The notes under the pieces: generated by a model
What the model saw: only the letters and a program-made list of their open reading frames with translations
The model's database searches: none
Told to the model about the DNA's origin: nothing
Origin: an uncultured bacterium
GTDB taxonomy: Bacteria > Babelota > Babeliae > Babelales > Babelaceae
Assembly: GCA_963713855.1 (NCBI GenBank)
Contig: OY970209.1
Span: 256,001 to 320,000 of the forward strand
DNA length: 64,000 nucleotides
Direction of reading: 5' to 3'
Translations under genes and position numbers: made by a program
Part shown: positions 58,093-64,000 of the stretch, piece by piece
Position numbering within the stretch: position 1 is the stretch's first letter
Layout: each line of letters starts with the position of its first letter

Positions 58093-60843
58093 ATGGTCAA
58101 ACGGCATATTTTTTTATTAGTTCTTATAGCAATGCAAATGAGCTTTCTTGCGTTCTCAAACCCGCAAGCACCAGTGCTTATAAAGACCCTCGAAAACGGC
58201 TTTACTATTTTAGTTAAAGAGACCAATAACACTCAAAAAGTTTCCTTTCGTCTCTACTATAAAGTAGGTTCAAAAGATGAGGTTGACGGGCAAAGAGGCA
58301 TCGCTCACTTACTTGAACACATGATCTTTTTAGGTACATACAAACTCTCTGCAACTGATATCGACCTTATATGTCGTAAATTTGGTGCCAACAATAATGC
58401 TCATACGACCACAGATCATACGTATATGGAATTTGACGTACCCATAAAGCACTGGCACATTCTCATACCAATTCTTGCAGATTGCATGAACAATTGCACG
58501 CTTAAGCAAGAACACTTAAACAGTGAATTTAAAGTAGTTTTGGCCGAGTTTAAAAAAGCAAGAGATAACTATGAAGCTGAGCTTGGTCGAAAGATGACAA
58601 AAAGTCTTTTTCCGCTCCATCCTTACTCTCATCCGGTGATAGGATATAAAAACGATATTTGCACCATAAATAGCCCAGAACTAAAAGCTTTTTATACAAA
58701 ATTTTACGTACCTAACAATGCTGTTCTTATAGTCGTTGGTAACGTTAATTCCGATGAAGTTTTTGCAGCTTGTGAAAGAGAATTTGGTATTCTAGAAGCA
58801 AAACCTGTAACAACTCAATCACATCCAACAATTGCGCCCGGATCACCTCACACAATTGAGTTACATAGAGATATCATGCAGCCATACGTTCAAATTGATT
58901 TTAAAATACCACCATTTTTAAAGGATCCTCGCGTCAAATTACTCACCCTGATAGACAGTATCCTCTTCAATCAAGAAAGCGGAAGAATCGTAAAGAAATT
59001 GCGTGACGAGTTTCAGGTTGTTAATAGCATATATAGCTATCACGATGATCTTTTAGATAACAGTGTATATTCTGTGGCTTTTTACCCAAAAAACCATGAG
59101 AAATCAACCTTTCAGTCAATTATAAACAGCATTCAAGAAGAACTGGATCGTTTAGCTGATGACGGGTACACGACAGAAGAAATGAAAATGGCTTGCGAGT
59201 TATTTGAACAGGGGCGCAATGATTGTTTAGCTTATAATCGTTGCCAAGCCGAAATGATTGCAAAAGGCTACTTTCATGTAAATGATCCGAATTTTGCGTA
59301 TACGTTCACCTTTAAGCCTGAAGAAGACTACAAGAAAGACATGCAAACGTTTATCAAAACATTTTTTCAAAAAACCAACTCTTGCATCGGTTATTTACTT
59401 CCTGCAAGCGAAGAAGAAAAAAAGGCGTGGCGATCTCAACAAGAGGCCGAGGATCTTCTTGATGCAAAAATTCTTGCAGAACGGCCCCATGAAAAAACGC
59501 GGGAAGAAGGAAAGTATGTTCACATGCTCACTTTAACCAAAGATTCAGCCACCAATTTCCCTGAACCTAATACATATATTTTAAGCAATGGCCTACAAGT
59601 ACTCTATTATCGTAACGATGATGTCCCAACAATCGAATGTGGCTTAGATTTTAAAATAACCGGAGAACATAAGATTGAAAGCTCGAGAGGTACGTTGAAT
59701 ATGATGAGCCTTATGATGAAAGAGGGTGGAACGAAAACGCATAGCGGCAAAGAACTTAAAAAGATATTAGCTCATAACGCTTTTTCTTTAGATATCGGAC
59801 CAGGACTTATACGAAGCTCAGTACCAAGCAAATCTTTACCGCAGTTTCTTGACCTTCTTTACGAGTTACTTGCAACCGCTCGTTTTGAAGAACAAGAGCT
59901 TTCAAAGATAAAAGAATGGGGTAAAACGAATTATAAATCTATTTTCGAAAGTGGAAGCAAGCTTGCTAACCTTCTCCACCGCGGCTTATTAATGAACGAC
60001 AAGGCGCTTAAGAACTTAAGCGAAACTGCTATTACCTCCGTTAAACGTCAATCGCTTATAGATGCTTACCAAACTTACATTTCGCCTTCTGGGGCAGTCC
60101 TTGCAATTGTTGGTGATTTGAGCGCGTATCCAGAACTTCCAACGCTATTAGAAAAAGCACTTGGAAAATGGAGCAAAAATGAGCTAAAAGATTATGCTCG
60201 CTATCAAGCTCAAGACACGCCCGATTCGCATACGATGTATCATTATTTAGATAGAGACCAAGCGTTCTTGTCTATGGCAAAAACATCAGTAAGCCCTAAA
60301 GAACCAGCTGCTATCGCTTTAGCACTCTACGGTATACTGCTTCACGAAGCGCTTTTAAGACTGAGAGAAAAAACGGGCATATTTTATTCTGCAAGCGCTC
60401 AATTCAATGAACCTTTCGTGCAAATCATGACACGAGTCTCTCCAGAAAACCTTGATGTTGTGCGCCATCGCATCTTTCAAACGCTCGATTCGTCTATTGA
60501 GACCTGCACAGAAGAAGAGCTTAGTGAAGCAAAAAACTCCGTCCTTGAATCAGTACAAAGCCAATACGGCAGTAACATTGGTATTTTAGAGTACTTTTTG
60601 TATCTTCATAAACACGCTCTTCCTTTTAACCAATCCTACCTTCTCGACGGGATTGAAAACCTTACGCTCAGTACCTTTAAAGAGCAAGTAAAAAAAGTAA
60701 TTGATCCTGCCTCCTTTAATACTGTTCTCGTGGGACGTGTTTGCAAGCCCAACACCTGCGATCATCTTATTAACAGAGAACAGTGTGGTTTACTCTTTTA
60801 CAACACTACCAAAGGCTCTTTTGACCGCCACAAGCGTGTCTGA
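58093..60843 (+). CDS. M16 family (insulinase-like) zinc peptidase, fused two-half form
   Basis: YKVGSKDE..G..GIAHLLEHMIF (HxxEH), NAHTT.DHT, FY.PNNAVLIVVGN; inactive second half; signal peptide. Confidence 0.92.
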   Translation: MVKRHIFLLVLIAMQMSFLAFSNPQAPVLIKTLENGFTILVKETNNTQKVSFRLYYKVGSKDEVDGQRGIAHLLEHMIFLGTYKLSATDIDLICRKFGANNNAHTTTDHTYMEFDVPIKHWHILIPILADCMNNCTLKQEHLNSEFKVVLAEFKKARDNYEAELGRKMTKSLFPLHPYSHPVIGYKNDICTINSPELKAFYTKFYVPNNAVLIVVGNVNSDEVFAACEREFGILEAKPVTTQSHPTIAPGSPHTIELHRDIMQPYVQIDFKIPPFLKDPRVKLLTLIDSILFNQESGRIVKKLRDEFQVVNSIYSYHDDLLDNSVYSVAFYPKNHEKSTFQSIINSIQEELDRLADDGYTTEEMKMACELFEQGRNDCLAYNRCQAEMIAKGYFHVNDPNFAYTFTFKPEEDYKKDMQTFIKTFFQKTNSCIGYLLPASEEEKKAWRSQQEAEDLLDAKILAERPHEKTREEGKYVHMLTLTKDSATNFPEPNTYILSNGLQVLYYRNDDVPTIECGLDFKITGEHKIESSRGTLNMMSLMMKEGGTKTHSGKELKKILAHNAFSLDIGPGLIRSSVPSKSLPQFLDLLYELLATARFEEQELSKIKEWGKTNYKSIFESGSKLANLLHRGLLMNDKALKNLSETAITSVKRQSLIDAYQTYISPSGAVLAIVGDLSAYPELPTLLEKALGKWSKNELKDYARYQAQDTPDSHTMYHYLDRDQAFLSMAKTSVSPKEPAAIALALYGILLHEALLRLREKTGIFYSASAQFNEPFVQIMTRVSPENLDVVRHRIFQTLDSSIETCTEEELSEAKNSVLESVQSQYGSNIGILEYFLYLHKHALPFNQSYLLDGIENLTLSTFKEQVKKVIDPASFNTVLVGRVCKPNTCDHLINREQCGLLFYNTTKGSFDRHKRV

Positions 60844-60891
60844 TAGACTTATTGAAGCTTATTTTTTTTAAAGACTCTAACATGTGTAAGT

Positions 60892-63336
60892 ATGGAAAAC
60901 ACGTATAATCCGCTTCAATCAGAAAAAGCAGCTCAAGAATTTTGGAAAACCCACGATGTCTATGCTGTAAGCAATAACCCAGGGACTTTTTTTAGCATAG
61001 ATACGCCACCACCAACCGTATCTGGGTCTTTGCATATCGGGCACGTATTTTCCTATACTCAGGCCGACATTGTCGCTCGTTACAAGCGTATGAACGGATT
61101 TTCGGTCTTCTATCCTTTTGGCTTTGATGATAATGGGCTTCCTACGGAAAGATTTGTTGAGAAAAAAACTGGACTTAACGCTTTAACCGTTGGGCGGTCG
61201 GCTTTCATCGAGCTGTGCCTTAAAGAAACTGCTTTGGCTGAAAAATCGTTCGAAGAGCTTTGGAAAAGCATGGGGCTTTCAATAGACTGGTCTAAAAGCT
61301 ACTCGACCATTAGTGCGCAAGCACGACGCATATCCCAACAATCATTCATTGAGCTTTACGATAAAGGGTTTATATACCGAAAAGAAGAGGTAGCTCCTTA
61401 TTGTACTACCTGTAGAACATCAGTAGCCCAAGCAGAGCTTGAAGATGCTCAAAAGCACTCTTTTATGAACGAAGTTGCCTTTACGTCGGAAAATGGAAAG
61501 GCTTTCTATATTGCCACAACGCGTCCAGAGCTTTTAGCTTCATGCGTTGCCGTACTTTATAACCCAAAAGACACGCGATACCAGGAACTTAAAGGAAAGA
61601 GCCTTAAAACTCCTTTATACAACAAGCTTGTTCCCGTTTTTGCGGACGAACGAGCACTTATTGAAAAAGGTACTGGCCTTGTCATGTGCAGCACGTTTGG
61701 TGATAAGACCGACGTTGAATGGGTCAAAACATTTAACCTGCCCTATAGCCCTTGCTTAGGCCGTGATGGCCGTATGACGGCGGTATCGGGTTTTCTTGAA
61801 GGTAAAAAAGTACCTGAAGCACGAACTTTAATTATTGAACGCTTAAAACAAGAAGGGCTTTTGCGCGCGCAGCAACCAATAACCCATGCTGTCAACGTGC
61901 ACGAACGTTGTAAAAATGAGATTGAATATTTCTCGATGCAACAGTGGTTTTTAAAACTCCTCCCTTATAAAGAAACGTTCTTGAAATTAGGTGAAGAAGT
62001 CACCTGGTATCCAACTCACATGAAAATGCGCTATTTCCACTGGGTTGAAAATATACAGTGGGACTGGTGCCTATCCCGTCAACGCTTTTATGGAATACCC
62101 TTTCCTGTTTGGTATTGTAAGCAGTGCGGGACGATGATTTTTGCTTCAAAAAACGAGCTACCAGTCGATCCTCAGGAAACAATTCCCAAGAATGCTTGTA
62201 CTGAGTGTGGTTCTAAAGAGTTTGTACCTGATACCGACGTTATGGATACGTGGAATACTTCATCTTTGACACCGTATATTTGCAAAGAACTTTACGGCAA
62301 AGACGGTTCTTTTATACCGATGAGCATGCGGCCTCAGGCGCACGACATCATACGCACGTGGGCTTTTGATACGATTGTAAAAGTATGGATGCACGATCAA
62401 ACTATTCCCTGGAAAGAGCTCATGATATCGGGGCATGTCCAGACTCCCCAAGGTGAGAAAATTTCAAAGTCACAAGGAAATAGTCCGCTCGTTCCTGAAA
62501 ATCTCCTTAAAATGTACCCTGCAGACGTCATACGCTATTGGACCGCATCAGCAGCACTTGGAACTGATGTAGCATTTTCTGAGACTCAGCTTAAGATAGG
62601 GCAGCGCCTTCTTATTAAGCTATGGAACGCGTTTCGATTTATTGAGCAGTATGCTCAAAACACCGATTGCACAGAATATAGTCTTCTTGATAAGTGGATA
62701 ACAAAACGTTGTCAGGATACGCTACTTGAATATCAACGCTCTTTTGACGCCTATGAATTCAACCTAGCTCTTGAAAAAGTCGAACGCTTTTTCTGGCATG
62801 ATTTTTGTGATAACTATCTTGAACTTATTAAAGACCGTTTGTTTAATCCTCAGCTTTACAGTGCATCAGAAGTTGCATCCACACGCAGTACATTATCCCG
62901 TGTTGGTATGCGTATACTCCAGCTTTTTGCTCCATACATGCCACATATTACCGAAACTATTTATGGACAGCTTTTTAAGAATGCTTATGAAAGTATTTCG
63001 CTTCACCAGACACGATTCAAAGCCATCCCTTTGCTTGACGTTCGCCTTGATCAAATAGCAGCGATAGAACCTTTACTTGAAGTGATCAACCAAGTCCGAA
63101 AACTTAAAAGCGATCACCACCTGTCTCTTAAAACGGGCTTAAAAGTTATTCATATACACATACAAAAGGAGAAATTAACTATTGTGCGCGACCTTCTTTT
63201 ACCGCTCGAACAAATTATCAAAGGCATTACACGGGCTGAAATGATCGATTATGAAGCTACCTATGAGCAGTCTCTAGAAGGAGCTCTTTTACAAGAAAAG
63301 ACTGATGGTTTTCATGTTTGGGTAAAGCTCTCGTGA
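60892..63336 (+). CDS. valS: Valyl-tRNA synthetase (short, archaeal-type architecture)
   Basis: IDTPPPTVSGSLHIGH, GFDDNGLPTER, DWCLSRQR, RPQAHDIIRTW, KISKS. Confidence 0.95.
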   Translation: MENTYNPLQSEKAAQEFWKTHDVYAVSNNPGTFFSIDTPPPTVSGSLHIGHVFSYTQADIVARYKRMNGFSVFYPFGFDDNGLPTERFVEKKTGLNALTVGRSAFIELCLKETALAEKSFEELWKSMGLSIDWSKSYSTISAQARRISQQSFIELYDKGFIYRKEEVAPYCTTCRTSVAQAELEDAQKHSFMNEVAFTSENGKAFYIATTRPELLASCVAVLYNPKDTRYQELKGKSLKTPLYNKLVPVFADERALIEKGTGLVMCSTFGDKTDVEWVKTFNLPYSPCLGRDGRMTAVSGFLEGKKVPEARTLIIERLKQEGLLRAQQPITHAVNVHERCKNEIEYFSMQQWFLKLLPYKETFLKLGEEVTWYPTHMKMRYFHWVENIQWDWCLSRQRFYGIPFPVWYCKQCGTMIFASKNELPVDPQETIPKNACTECGSKEFVPDTDVMDTWNTSSLTPYICKELYGKDGSFIPMSMRPQAHDIIRTWAFDTIVKVWMHDQTIPWKELMISGHVQTPQGEKISKSQGNSPLVPENLLKMYPADVIRYWTASAALGTDVAFSETQLKIGQRLLIKLWNAFRFIEQYAQNTDCTEYSLLDKWITKRCQDTLLEYQRSFDAYEFNLALEKVERFFWHDFCDNYLELIKDRLFNPQLYSASEVASTRSTLSRVGMRILQLFAPYMPHITETIYGQLFKNAYESISLHQTRFKAIPLLDVRLDQIAAIEPLLEVINQVRKLKSDHHLSLKTGLKVIHIHIQKEKLTIVRDLLLPLEQIIKGITRAEMIDYEATYEQSLEGALLQEKTDGFHVWVKLS

Positions 63337-63794
63337 TAACACTTCGTAACACACAGCGTTCCATCCGCATTGATACTAAGGTCTTAAAAAAAGATGCGCA
63401 AAAAGTGCTAGAAATCCTTAACTACGAAGACTATGACTTAGGCATTTGGATTACCAACGATCGAACGATACGAAGGTACAACAAAGCGTATCGGCATAAA
63501 GATGTACCGACTGATATTCTTTCTTTCCCGTTTTACAAAGACCTTAATCCGGAAAAACGGATTAAGGCAAAAAGCGCCGAGGAAAAAAATATAGGGGATC
63601 TTATTATTTCAGCACCTTACGTTGCGGCAAGGCTTTCGGAGTACGGTACTTCATTGTCTGAAAGATTGCGCGTTCTTTTAGTTCATGGCATTTGCCATTT
63701 GTTAGGCTATGATCACGAAACAGACGCAGATTATCGCCGCATGAAAGCAAAAGAAAATTCCATACTTAAAAAACTTTGTAGAGTCACTAAATAG
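63333..63794 (+). CDS. ybeY: rRNA maturation RNase YbeY
   Basis: N..YR.KD.PTDILSF, GDLIIS, HGICHLLGYDH; GTG 63333 overlaps the valS stop. Confidence 0.95.
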   Translation: MITLRNTQRSIRIDTKVLKKDAQKVLEILNYEDYDLGIWITNDRTIRRYNKAYRHKDVPTDILSFPFYKDLNPEKRIKAKSAEEKNIGDLIISAPYVAARLSEYGTSLSERLRVLLVHGICHLLGYDHETDADYRRMKAKENSILKKLCRVTK

Positions 63795-63895
63795 TAAGCC
63801 AAAGAGTAATGGGCGCCTACGCGGCGAGCGCTCATGAGCCTGTGCACAGGCTTTATGACCCTTGACCCTGTGCTTAAACTTTTTATGGTTATTTA

Positions 63896-63968
63896 ATATA
63901 CCAGAAAGGGAATCCCTTTCTGGTATATGTGCTAATGAGATAGGCCGGGTTTACCGGTCTATCTCATA
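63896..63968. terminator. Two tandem stem-loops downstream of ybeY
   Basis: ATATACCAGAAAGGG-AAT-CCCTTTCTGGTATAT and ATGAGATAGGCCGG-GTTTA-CCGGTCTATCTCAT. Confidence 0.55.
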
Positions 63969-64000
63969 CACAATAAGTATGTAACATGCAAAACAAGCAA

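Overview
This is a 64-kb bacterial chromosomal segment of roughly 40% GC by eye. Its gene content and style resemble an intracellular protist parasite of the Dependentiae/Babelota (TM6) type; that is an inference from the many signal-peptide orphan proteins, ankyrin paralogues, split ATP synthase genes and archaeal-type ValRS. Core genes are a partial type II secretion operon (gspC-D-L-M-like), secG, mlaE/mlaF-like ABC genes, clpB, a short uvrC, an M23 peptidase, atpD/atpC, a HerA-like ATPase, lon, tyrS, an M16 peptidase, valS and ybeY. Accessory arrays of predicted exported proteins lie between them. (i) A five-member family of signal-peptide plus hydrophobic-hairpin proteins, two of which form a recent inverted duplication with a hypervariable core. 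(ii) Two Cys-rich proteins resembling MVL-type mannan-binding lectin domains. (iii) Two KGG-motif microproteins, one missing from the ORF track. (iv) A 7.6-kb operon of three large exported proteins that looks like a multi-component membrane-inserting or pore-forming apparatus; its first gene is split by a 1-nt frameshift. (v) Two ankyrin proteins with a C-terminal F-box-like motif. (vi) An exported Nudix hydrolase and a glycan-modifying gene trio. (vii) An island with two AAA_14/DUF4143 ATPases, each with its own palindromic operator-like array over its promoter, plus a frameshifted RHH antitoxin-like gene. I saw no tRNA, rRNA, CRISPR array or transposase. All family assignments come from motif recognition by eye, not from database searches.
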